A stretch of 32,000 nucleotides of DNA, from the NCBI GenBank assembly GCA_963731945.1, contig CAVSXN010000005.1:67883-99882 (forward strand), written 5' to 3'. Within the stretch, counting starts at the first letter, position 1; every line of letters begins with the position of its first letter. A model generated the notes under the pieces. That model was not told the DNA's origin. It searched no databases and was given only the letters and a program-made list of their open reading frames with translations. The position numbers and the translations under genes are program-made. This document shows, in pieces, positions 1 to 8,209 of this stretch. This stretch comes from an uncultured Verrucomicrobiae bacterium. Lineage in GTDB: Bacteria; Verrucomicrobiota; Verrucomicrobiia; Chthoniobacterales; Terrimicrobiaceae.

Positions 1-692
1 TCCAGAAGCACTTCTCCTTCCGAGCTGATCCGGGAGCGCAAGTTCTCCGGAGTATCGAGTGCTTCGATGCGTCCCTTGTTGATAATGATGACGCGTGAGC
101 AAGTCATCTCCACTTCCGGCAAAATATGGGTCGAAAGCAGGATCGTGTGGTGGCGGCGCAAGTTCTTGATGAGTTCACGCACCTGACGGATTTGATTGGG
201 ATCGAGGCCGATGGTCGGCTCGTCAAGGATGAGCAGCTCGGGCTCATGGATCATCGCGTCGGCGAGCCCCACCCGCTGCCGGAAGCCCTTCGACAACGCT
301 CCGATCATCCTGTGCTCCACCTCGGAAAGTCCGCAAAGATCCGAGACATCCGCCAATCGTTCCTTGACCCGGCGGCCTGGGACGCCCTTGAGCGCCGCGC
401 GAAAAGACAAATACTCGTTGACTCGCATGTCATGGGGAAGGGGAACGTGCTCGGGCATGTAACCGATATGCTCGCGCGCCCTTAGTGACTCCCTAAACAC
501 ATCACAACCAGCCACTTCTGCGCGTCCGGAGGTGGGCGGAAGGTAACAGGCGAGCATTCGCATGGTCGTGCTTTTTCCGGCACCGTTTGGGCCGAGAAAT
601 CCGACGACCTCCCCCTTGTCGACCTCGAAATCGATCTCGTCCACCGCAGTAACGCCTCCGTAGCGCTTGGTGAGCTTTTCGACTTTGATCAT
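1..692 (-). CDS. ABC transporter ATP-binding protein (ABC-2/NatA-like); 3' end lies outside the window
   Basis: Absent from the ORF track because it runs off the window edge. My reverse-strand translation from the ATG (complement of 690-692) gives MIKVEKLTKRYGGVTAVDEIDFEVDKGEVVGFLGPNGAGKSTTMRMLACYLPPTSGRAEVAG... It shows Walker A GPNGAGKST, signature LSKGFRQR, Walker B LLILDEPT and H-loop STHIL. The frame stays open to nt 3. Confidence 0.9.
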   Translation of the reverse strand, partial: MIKVEKLTKRYGGVTAVDEIDFEVDKGEVVGFLGPNGAGKSTTMRMLACYLPPTSGRAEVAGCDVFRESLRAREHIGYMPEHVPLPHDMRVNEYLSFRAALKGVPGRRVKERLADVSDLCGLSEVEHRMIGALSKGFRQRVGLADAMIHEPELLILDEPTIGLDPNQIRQVRELIKNLRRHHTILLSTHILPEVEMTCSRVIIINKGRIEALDTPENLRSRISSEGEVLL

Positions 693-898
693 TTCGGGAG
701 TTGTTCCGTTTAACGCGAGATCCTTTGACTTTCAAGCGGCACCCTTCACAAATCCCTGGGATGGCCACGAAGACACCGCGCGTGGGATCCGGCGCTACTG
801 GCTGCTTGCGCAAATCAGAATCTTCCCTCAAACTGTGGCGTCCTTCGAGTGGTCGGCGCGCCGCCAAGCCCTCCGGGGCACGAACCTAGCAATTGCAT

Positions 899-3646
899 AT
901 GAGTACTTTTACTGCCCGGTGGAGCGAGGGGTTGATTGATGAGAACTACGAACGCTGGATTTCCAACCCCCGGTCGGTGGATCCTGATTGGGCCGCTTTT
1001 TTCGAGGGATTCGAGCTGGGTTCTGCCAAGAGCGAGGAGAACGGGGAGGGTGCCACCGCCGACGTGTCGCCCGGGGCGGTCACCGACAGCAGCCTGCAAA
1101 CACGGGTCGAAGCCCTCGTTTACGCCTACAGAACACTCGGGCATACCATCTCCGACCTCGATCCCCTCGACCTTCTCAAACGCTCGAATCCTCTCCTCAC
1201 CTTGAAGGAGCTCGGCTTTGACGAAAAGGAACTCGACCTGACGGTGGCCTCCCGCTTCTTCAAGGAGGGCAGGAAGATGAAGTTGCGCGACATGCTTCGC
1301 GAGCTCGAGGCAGTCTATTGCGGGACGGTCGGCGCGGAGTTCATGCATATTCAGAACCCTCGCATGCGCACCTGGGTGCTCTACAAATTGGAGAATCGCG
1401 ACGGCTCACTGCGCACCAATCCGGCGGTGCATCGAGATATCCTTCGTAAACTCTATGAAGCCGAGACGTTTGAAAATTTTCTGCACACCAAATACGGCGG
1501 CAAGCGGTTTTCCCTCGAAGGCGGCGAGTCGTTAATCCTCGCTCTAGATACGATCGTCCAAAACTGCGAGAAGCGCGGAATCAAAGAGCTTGTTGTGGGA
1601 ATGGCTCATCGTGGGCGTCTCAACGTCCTCGCCAATGTCCTCAACAAGCCGCTCGATGTCATTTTCAACGAATTCCAAGGCAACTTTGCGCCGGATTCCG
1701 TAGGCGGCAACGGCGATGTGAAATATCACCTTGGCTATCGCAACGTGCGCACGACGGCGACGGGTTACGAAGTGGAGATCAACCTCGCGGCAAATCCCAG
1801 TCACCTTGAAGCGGTGGATCCTGTCGTCGAGGGCAAAGCCCGTGCGCGCCAGCGTGTGCTGGAGGACACAGCGTATCGCAAGAAAGTGGTTCCGATTCTG
1901 ATTCACGGCGATGCGGCTTTCATCGGGCAGGGCGTGGTCGCCGAGGTTTTCAACATGTCCCAGTTGCCAGGTTACAGCACCGGAGGCACGGTCCACTTTG
2001 TTGTCAACAACCAGATCGGCTTTACCACTTTGCCCGCGGATTCCCGGTCCAGCGAGTATTGCACCGAGATCGCGAAGATGGTCGATGCTCCGATCTTTCA
2101 CGTGAATGGGGAGGATCCAATTGCGGTCATGGAAATGGCGAAGATTGCCCTGGAGTTCCGGCATGAATTTGGCCGCGACGCGGTGGTCGACATTTACTGC
2201 TACCGCCGGCATGGCCACAATGAGGGCGACGAACCCGCCTTCACCCAGCCGAACTTATACAACCAGATCAAGAGCCATCCGCTGCCAAGCGAAGTCTTCG
2301 TCGCACAGATCGCGCCGCTGGGCACCGTTTCGGCCGAGGAAGCCGCAACCATGAAGGCGGAATCCCTTAAGGAGCTCAATGACGCCCTTTCGCAGGTGAA
2401 GCTCGCGCAAGCAGAGAAGACGAAAGCCCATGAATTTGCGGGCTCGACGGCCATTTTTCAGCCCCCCTATTCGCATGCTCCGATCGACACCAGCATCACG
2501 AAGGAGAACCTCGATCTCATCGCGAAAGCGCTGACGACCGTGCCGGAGGAGTTTCGTGTTCTGCCGAAGATCAAGCGCATTCTCCTCGAGCGGCGCCTGC
2601 AAGTATGGAAGGCGGGCGGCCCCTACAATTGGTCTTTCGCCGAGGCGCTCGCGTTCGGCTCGCTGCTCCTGGAGGGCACCCCCGTGCGGCTCTCCGGCCA
2701 GGATAGCCGCCGTGGCACCTTCAGCCAGCGTCATAGCGTGCTCTATGACGAAAAGAATCGTCAGCGTTTTATTCCGCTCAATCACCTCCGGCCAAATCAA
2801 GCCAAGTTTTGCGTCTATAACAGTCCGCTCTCGGAATTTGCCGTCCTCGGTTTCGATTACGGTTATTCGATGGATTTCCCGGCCCAGCTCTATTTGTGGG
2901 AAGCCCAATTTGGAGATTTTGCCAACGGGGCGCAGATCATCATTGATCAGTTCATCGCGCCCTCGGAGTCCAAATGGCGCCGTCCGAGCGCGATTGTGCT
3001 GCTGCTTCCCCACGGCTACGAAGGCCAGGGCCCCGAGCATTCGAGCGCGCGGCTCGAGCGTTTCCTTCAGCTCTGCGCCGAGGAAAACATGCAGGTCTGC
3101 AACCTGACGACGCCGGCGCAGTATTTTCACGCCCTGCGCAGACAGATGCACCGCAAGTACCGCAAGCCGCTCATTGTCATGACGCCAAAGAGCCTCCTCA
3201 CCCACGAGCAGGCCGTCTCGAAGGATCACGATTTCACCAACTCGCGGTTTTTTGAAATTCTCAGCGACACGGAAGCCGCACCGAAAAAGGTCGAGCGCGT
3301 CATCTTTTGCTCGGGGAAAGTTTACTACGATCTGATCAAGTATCGTCAGGAGAACAATCTCAAGGACGCCGCGGCGATCATTCGAATCGAGCAACTTTAT
3401 CCGCTCCACAAGGAAAAGGTCAGCCGCCTGGCGAAACCGTTTTCCCATGCGAAGAAGTTTGTGTGGTGCCAGGAAGAGCCGGAAAACATGGGCGCATGGG
3501 CGTTTATCTTGCCGCAGTTGCTCAATCTGTTCCCGGGCTACATCCACTACGCCGGGCGGCCAGCGAGCGCCAGTCCGGCGGCCGGGACGATGCAGGCGCA
3601 CCAGGCCCAGCAGGCGGCATTGATCAAGCAAGCCTTCGAAATCTAA
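899..3646 (+). CDS. sucA: 2-oxoglutarate dehydrogenase E1 component
   Basis: 917-aa track ORF 893..3646; 893 is TTG and the first ATG is at 899. The N-terminus [38 protein letters not shown] and the ThDP region [42 protein letters not shown] are typical of E1o. sucB follows 16 nt downstream. Confidence 0.96.
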   Translation: MSTFTARWSEGLIDENYERWISNPRSVDPDWAAFFEGFELGSAKSEENGEGATADVSPGAVTDSSLQTRVEALVYAYRTLGHTISDLDPLDLLKRSNPLLTLKELGFDEKELDLTVASRFFKEGRKMKLRDMLRELEAVYCGTVGAEFMHIQNPRMRTWVLYKLENRDGSLRTNPAVHRDILRKLYEAETFENFLHTKYGGKRFSLEGGESLILALDTIVQNCEKRGIKELVVGMAHRGRLNVLANVLNKPLDVIFNEFQGNFAPDSVGGNGDVKYHLGYRNVRTTATGYEVEINLAANPSHLEAVDPVVEGKARARQRVLEDTAYRKKVVPILIHGDAAFIGQGVVAEVFNMSQLPGYSTGGTVHFVVNNQIGFTTLPADSRSSEYCTEIAKMVDAPIFHVNGEDPIAVMEMAKIALEFRHEFGRDAVVDIYCYRRHGHNEGDEPAFTQPNLYNQIKSHPLPSEVFVAQIAPLGTVSAEEAATMKAESLKELNDALSQVKLAQAEKTKAHEFAGSTAIFQPPYSHAPIDTSITKENLDLIAKALTTVPEEFRVLPKIKRILLERRLQVWKAGGPYNWSFAEALAFGSLLLEGTPVRLSGQDSRRGTFSQRHSVLYDEKNRQRFIPLNHLRPNQAKFCVYNSPLSEFAVLGFDYGYSMDFPAQLYLWEAQFGDFANGAQIIIDQFIAPSESKWRRPSAIVLLLPHGYEGQGPEHSSARLERFLQLCAEENMQVCNLTTPAQYFHALRRQMHRKYRKPLIVMTPKSLLTHEQAVSKDHDFTNSRFFEILSDTEAAPKKVERVIFCSGKVYYDLIKYRQENNLKDAAAIIRIEQLYPLHKEKVSRLAKPFSHAKKFVWCQEEPENMGAWAFILPQLLNLFPGYIHYAGRPASASPAAGTMQAHQAQQAALIKQAFEI

Positions 3647-3662
3647 ACTGCCATCTTTCTTT

Positions 3663-4778
3663 ATGAGCGTTGAAGTCAAAGTCCCCACCGTTGGCGAATC
3701 CATCACCTCAGGCATCCTCTCGGTCTGGCATAAGAAGGACGGCGAGTCCGTCAATGCCGGCGACATTCTCTTTACCCTTGAAACCGATAAGGTCTCTACC
3801 GAAGTCAATGCCCCGGAAGCCGGCATCCTAAGGACCCAGGCTGCCGAAGGCGACGAAGTCAAAATCGATCAGGTCGTCGCCGTCATCGAGCCGGCCTCCG
3901 CAGCCGCGCCGGCGGAAGCGCCTGCCGAGCCTGCGAAGGCCGAACCCGCCGCCACGAAGCCCGCCGCCCCTGCTGCCGAGGCTCCGGCCGCGCCGCCGCC
4001 CGAGTCCAGGCCGGCTCCGGCTCCGCCGAGGAGAGAGGAAGCTCCCGCGCCGAAACCAAAGATCACGGCGCCCGATGATCCGCGGACTGCGCGCAAGAAG
4101 CTCACTCCGCTGCGCCGCAAGATTGCCGCGCAACTCGTCATGGCGCAGCACACGGCCGCGATTCTGACGACCTTCAACGAGTGCGACATGAGCGGGGTGA
4201 TGGCGCTGCGCAAGGAGATGCAGGAAGAGTTCACCAAGAGGCACGGAGTGAAGCTTGGCTTCATGTCGTTTTTCATCAAATCCGTTGTGGACGCTCTCAA
4301 GGCCGTTCCTTCCATCAACTCCCGAATCGACGGCGACGAACTGATTCAGAATCGCTACTACGACATCGGTGTCGCCGTTGGGACCGAGCGCGGCCTCATC
4401 GTTCCTGTCTTGCGCGATTGCGATCAGAAATCGTTTGCGGACATCGAAGGTGCTCTGGTGGGCTACGCAGTCAAGGCTCGCGAAGGCAAGATCGGCCTCG
4501 AGGATCTGCAGGGCGGAGTCTTCACCATTTCAAATGGAGGCGTTTACGGCTCACTTCTGAGCACGCCCATCTTAAACCCTCCGCAGAGCGGAATCCTTGG
4601 AATGCACAAGATCCAGGAGCGTCCGGTGGCCGAGAAGGGTCAAGTTGTCGTTCGACCAATGATGTATTTGGCTTTGAGCTACGATCATCGTGTCGTGGAT
4701 GGAAAGGAGGCCGTGACCTTCCTCATTCGCGTGAAGGATTGCATCGAAAACCCGGCGCGCCTCCTGTTGGGAACCTGA
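3663..4778 (+). CDS. sucB: Dihydrolipoyllysine-residue succinyltransferase, E2 component of the 2-oxoglutarate dehydrogenase complex
   Basis: 371-aa ORF. It has an N-terminal lipoyl domain ([18 protein letters not shown]), a long Ala/Pro linker, and a catalytic core (LTTFNECDM ... [16 protein letters not shown]). Confidence 0.95.
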   Translation: MSVEVKVPTVGESITSGILSVWHKKDGESVNAGDILFTLETDKVSTEVNAPEAGILRTQAAEGDEVKIDQVVAVIEPASAAAPAEAPAEPAKAEPAATKPAAPAAEAPAAPPPESRPAPAPPRREEAPAPKPKITAPDDPRTARKKLTPLRRKIAAQLVMAQHTAAILTTFNECDMSGVMALRKEMQEEFTKRHGVKLGFMSFFIKSVVDALKAVPSINSRIDGDELIQNRYYDIGVAVGTERGLIVPVLRDCDQKSFADIEGALVGYAVKAREGKIGLEDLQGGVFTISNGGVYGSLLSTPILNPPQSGILGMHKIQERPVAEKGQVVVRPMMYLALSYDHRVVDGKEAVTFLIRVKDCIENPARLLLGT

Positions 4779-4964
4779 ACGCCCGTGACGGCGCGCGGTG
4801 TTTGCCCGGAGGCCATAGTCAAGTCGCATTGCCTCATGCTTTTGTAGAGGTGGTTGTCCCTTGCAGGTCTTGGGACAAGGCCGCGAAAACTTGCCTTTTC
4901 TTGCGTTTTGGGACTGTGAAGAGAAGCTGGAGCCGCAGTCGCCCTGGATGGAAGCTATCTCAGG

Positions 4965-5441
4965 TTAGTGAGAAACGGCCGCGAACAGTTCGTCGAGGGC
5001 GCGCAAGCGCCGCGAGATATCGCGCGCGATGTTCAGGATCATGATGGCATACTGGTCGGGGTGCTGACCAAAGAGGCGGTGAAGATCAGTGCTTTTCAGC
5101 GCAAAGACGAGCGTATCCTCGATTGCCCTGACCGACGCGCAGCGGGTCAGGCATTCGATGATGCACATCTCCCCGAAAAACTCCTTTGGCTTTAGCTCCG
5201 CCAGGACCGTCTCGTGCGCTTCGCCCAGATGCTTCACCACTTCAACCCGTCCCTTGTAGATGATGAACATGCGGTTGCCGGTTTCAGCTTCCTCAACGAT
5301 CGTCTCGCCGGCGCGGAACGCGGCTTGTTCCAGCGCGTCGGCGATGACGGAGAGCGCAGGGCAACTGAGCCCCGCGAAGATGGGGATGGTCTCGAGAAAA
5401 TCCTGGCCTGCCTTTGCGCTGACCGTCGAAAAGTTTGTCAT
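4965..5441 (-). CDS. Stand-alone cyclic nucleotide-binding (CAP_ED-like) domain protein
   Basis: Track ORF 4965..5552 starts at a TTG. Protein-like sequence begins at the ATG at 5441 (MTNFSTVSAKAGQDFLETIPIFAGL...). The cNMP-binding beta-barrel pattern is FRAGETIVEEAETGNRMFIIYKGRVEV...FFGEMCII...RCASVRA. The protein is about 158 aa with no visible HTH or enzymatic output domain. Confidence 0.75.
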   Translation of the reverse strand: MTNFSTVSAKAGQDFLETIPIFAGLSCPALSVIADALEQAAFRAGETIVEEAETGNRMFIIYKGRVEVVKHLGEAHETVLAELKPKEFFGEMCIIECLTRCASVRAIEDTLVFALKSTDLHRLFGQHPDQYAIMILNIARDISRRLRALDELFAAVSH

Positions 5442-5781
5442 GTCTTGAACTCTGAATCCAGATGGGAGTCGGAAGAAAATCGCCCCAGAATATTTGCCAT
5501 CACGGCCGGGCGCAGCCTGTGATGGAGGCGCGGACCGGTTTTCCCGGGGCAAGGGCGCGACGCTTTGGCCGCGGAGAAACCAGGTTCTGTGAGGGATGGT
5601 CGCATGAGCAAATTTAATTATGGCTAGCCCAAGCAGCCTTCACAAGCCAAAGCGGATGGGTGTGCCGATCGCCTCCAATAAGGGACGCGAGGCTCCTTGA
5701 ATCTTTTGAAAGTTCAGATCTCGCCCCGAGCTCAGCAAGCCGTTAGAACAACTATCCGGAACCATCATTCAGCCAATTTCT

Positions 5782-6820
5782 ATGAAAGATATCTATCTCG
5801 GAACCGACAGCGGCGCCACCACATCCAAGACCTGCGGAGTCTATGAGGACGGCACGCCGATATCGCTGCAGCTTGCGCAGAGCTCCACCAATTCGCAAGC
5901 TGGCACGAATGCTGTCATTGAGGGATGGATCGAGGGCATTGAAAAATTCCTGACGAACAACCGGCTCGTTTGGGATCAAGTACGCGGGGTCGGTCTGGCG
6001 ATCCCGGGACCCTATCAAGGTTACGGTGTTCTCGACCGTTCAGCCAACCTCCCACCTGCCTTCGCCGGTTGGGATTTTCATGCCGACTATTCGGGCGCGC
6101 TGGCCCGGCAGGCCGCGACGCCCGATCCCTCTGGTCGCCGGGAACGATGGCAACTATGGAGGAGTGGCCGAAGCAGCCAAGGTGCGGGGCGACAAGAAAG
6201 CGTCGGTGATCATGCTGGCTCCCGGTTCCGGTTTGGGGGCGGCCTACATGAACCCGCTGGGGCTTCCTCTCGAAGGCGACACCCTCGCCGGCATGGAAGC
6301 CGGGCACATGCCCGCGCCCATTCATTTGCTGGGGCTGCCGCCCTTTTCGTGCGGTTGCGGGCGCAACTGGGGTTGCTTCGAGGCCTACACGGCGCTTTCC
6401 GGCTTGCCGCAGTATCTCGATTTTCTCATCTCGAAGTATCCCGACCACGAACTCGCGCAGTCGGTGGTGCCCGCCAAAGAAAAAGCCCTCTCGCTCCGCA
6501 ATCGGGCGCAAAAGGGCGATCCGCTGGCGCTCGAAATTTTCGACTATCAAGCCAGGGCTCTCGGCCTGCACGTGGCCAATCTCACGATCGCCCTTGATGC
6601 GGAATTTGTCGTGATCGGGGGCGGTCTTATTGACCCCGATGCGACCACCGAAGAATTTCGCCGGCGCTACCTGGCCGCCATTCAAGCCGCCGCCGAGCCC
6701 TGGCTATTTCCGGTCCAGCGGCAAACGATAAAAATCCTTCCGGCTACGCTCGGTGAGCTTTCCCAGGCGATCGGTGCCGCCCTCGTCGCGCTTTACACCG
6801 CCAGGCTGCGGACCGAATAG
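5782..6820 (+). pseudogene. ROK-family sugar kinase with the reading frame interrupted by a +1 shift near 6100-6125 (true pseudogene or sequence error)
   Basis: The N-terminal half is in the frame of ORF 5782..6597 (MKDIYLGTDSGATTSKTCGVYEDG...LAIPGPYQGYGVLDRSANLPPAFAGWDFHADYSGALARQA) and then becomes Arg/Gly-rich junk. The C-terminal half is in ORF 6026..6820, from ...PIPLVAGNDGNYGGVAEAAKV. It carries the ROK zinc motif CGCGRNWGCFEAY and ends FVVIGGGL...LGELSQAIGAALVA. Confidence 0.75.
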
Positions 6821-6832
6821 CCACGAAAGTGC

Positions 6833-7591
6833 TCAGCGCAAAGCGGCCGGATCGACTTGCAAACGGATCAGAGCGCGCCGCGCGATGCTACCGATAACGG
6901 TGATGACCAGAGCCATGAGCGCAAGCCCAAGCGCGGCGACCGGCCAGCCCGGTCCCTCTCTGACGAAGGCTTGAATGTCGTCCGCACCCGTTTGCGCGGC
7001 GGCAGAGGCGAAAAGCATCACGACAAACGTTCGCGGGATCATGCCGAGAATGGTCCCCAGGACGAAGGGGATCGCGGCGACCCCGCAACTGACCATCACG
7101 AAGTTCGTAAAGGCAAAGGGCGATTGAGGCGGCAAGCGGAGCAAAGCGACCATGAGGGTGGTTTTCAAGACGCCTCTTCCAATCAGAGCATCACGGATGG
7201 CGCGTGCTTCCCGCTTTGTGTCGAGAAATCGTTCGAGACGCTGGCCCGCGACGGCCCGGGTGATCAACAGACCAATCAGTGCCGCACCGCCGAATGCCGC
7301 AACGGCGGCCGCCAAGCCCCTCGCAGGGCCGAAGACCCATCCGCCAAGGACCGCCTGGGCAGTCGTTGGCAGGAGCCCGGTGCCGCTGGTCACCATGAAT
7401 ACCAGCGCGTATAGCAAGAGTCCCGCGTGACCGCGGGCGCGAAGCCAATCCGAGACCGCTCCGAGTTCGTAGAGGAGGTAGAGGCCAGCGATCGCGGGGG
7501 CCGAAAGCCAAAAGAGGGCCAGCAGACCCGCCGGGCCGAGATCCCAAAATCTCCGGAGAGCTCCGCCGAGAAACAGAAATAAGGGCTTCAT
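6833..7591 (-). CDS. TVP38/TMEM64 (DedA superfamily, SNARE-associated-like) integral membrane protein
   Basis: Track ORF 6833..7633 has a GTG at 7633; the ATG at 7591 gives MKPLFLFLGG.... There are multiple hydrophobic spans. Family-like motifs are LPTTAQAVLGGWVFGPARG...LITRAVAGQRLERFL and LLRLPPQSPFAFTNFVMVSCGV. Start choice is uncertain. Confidence 0.6.
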   Translation of the reverse strand: MKPLFLFLGGALRRFWDLGPAGLLALFWLSAPAIAGLYLLYELGAVSDWLRARGHAGLLLYALVFMVTSGTGLLPTTAQAVLGGWVFGPARGLAAAVAAFGGAALIGLLITRAVAGQRLERFLDTKREARAIRDALIGRGVLKTTLMVALLRLPPQSPFAFTNFVMVSCGVAAIPFVLGTILGMIPRTFVVMLFASAAAQTGADDIQAFVREGPGWPVAALGLALMALVITVIGSIARRALIRLQVDPAALR

Positions 7592-7827
7592 TGGACAGCT
7601 CTCAATACGAGCAGAAAACCGCTTTCGGTCCACCTTAATGGTAATGCCGCCGGCGCCGCGTAAACTGAGAAAAGAATTCGTGTGAGCAACGCCGGGCAGT
7701 CCGAAGATTTATCGGTCAGTATCTTCCAGTGCGATCACGGTCATCTCAGATCGACTCGCCCGACGCTGGCAAATTTCCCGGGAGCCGGCGAATTGCGGTC
7801 ATTCTTTTCCATGGGTAGCTTTCTCCC

Positions 7828-8175
7828 ATGCGTCTCGCGTTGATTTTCCTGATGGTGATACCCTCTCTGACAATGGCCTCCGGGTGGGAAGAATATCTCT
7901 GGAAGAAACGTGTTCTCGTGATCTCGGCGCCGTCCGTCACGGACACGCAGTACCGCGCTCAAGCGGCGGAACTCGTTGCCGAATGGGCGGGGCTCATCGA
8001 TCGCGACTTTACTGTCCAGGCCCGGATGGGCGCCAAGGCGTTTTCTGTGGTTCTCATCGGCAAAGATGGCCAGGAGAAGCTTCGCCGCACCTCTCCCCTG
8101 GCGCCGAACGAGCTCTTCGCCATCGTTGACGCGATGCCCATGCGGCAGGCAGAGATGCGGAATAAGAATCGATGA
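7828..8175 (+). CDS. Small secreted protein, DUF4174-like
   Basis: 115-aa ORF with a signal-like N-terminus (MRLALIFLMVIPSLTMA). The C-terminal segment FSVVLIGKDGQEKLRRTSPLAPNELFAIVDAMPMRQAEM matches the DUF4174 pattern as I remember it (LIGKDG..K ... ID.MPMR..E). Function unknown. Confidence 0.6.
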   Translation: MRLALIFLMVIPSLTMASGWEEYLWKKRVLVISAPSVTDTQYRAQAAELVAEWAGLIDRDFTVQARMGAKAFSVVLIGKDGQEKLRRTSPLAPNELFAIVDAMPMRQAEMRNKNR

Positions 8176-8209
8176 ACACGAAATGCGATGAAACCATTCT
8201 TATTGATTC

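Noticed and set aside
2255-3862. A 535-aa ORF antisense to sucA/sucB. Similar long antisense ORFs lie at 19283..20569 (opposite pbpC), 21936..23465 (opposite cobA-hemD), 24298..25431 (opposite hemA) and 13631..14518 (opposite A2M).
   Set aside because: All are shadow ORFs of well-supported genes. They have low-complexity R/G/P/A-rich translations and no motif content.
3891-4067. The Ala/Pro-rich repetitive stretch in sucB as a tandem repeat or contingency locus
   Set aside because: It is the standard flexible inter-domain linker of E2 acyltransferases. The repetition is compositional and not a precise nucleotide tandem repeat.
4854-4878. A hairpin TTGTCCC-N11-GGGACAA downstream of sucB as a terminator, plus a 6-bp hairpin at 28356-28376 after gdh
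   Set aside because: The stems are short, the loops are large (11 and 9 nt) and no U-tract follows. The evidence is insufficient to call intrinsic terminators.
6095-6130. Programmed ribosomal frameshifting as the explanation for the ROK frame change, and likewise for A2M at 15175-15192
   Set aside because: There is no slippery heptamer, no stop codon or rare codon at the shift site, and no obvious downstream stimulatory structure. The zero frame stays open for hundreds of nt. A simple indel, real or artefactual, is more parsimonious.
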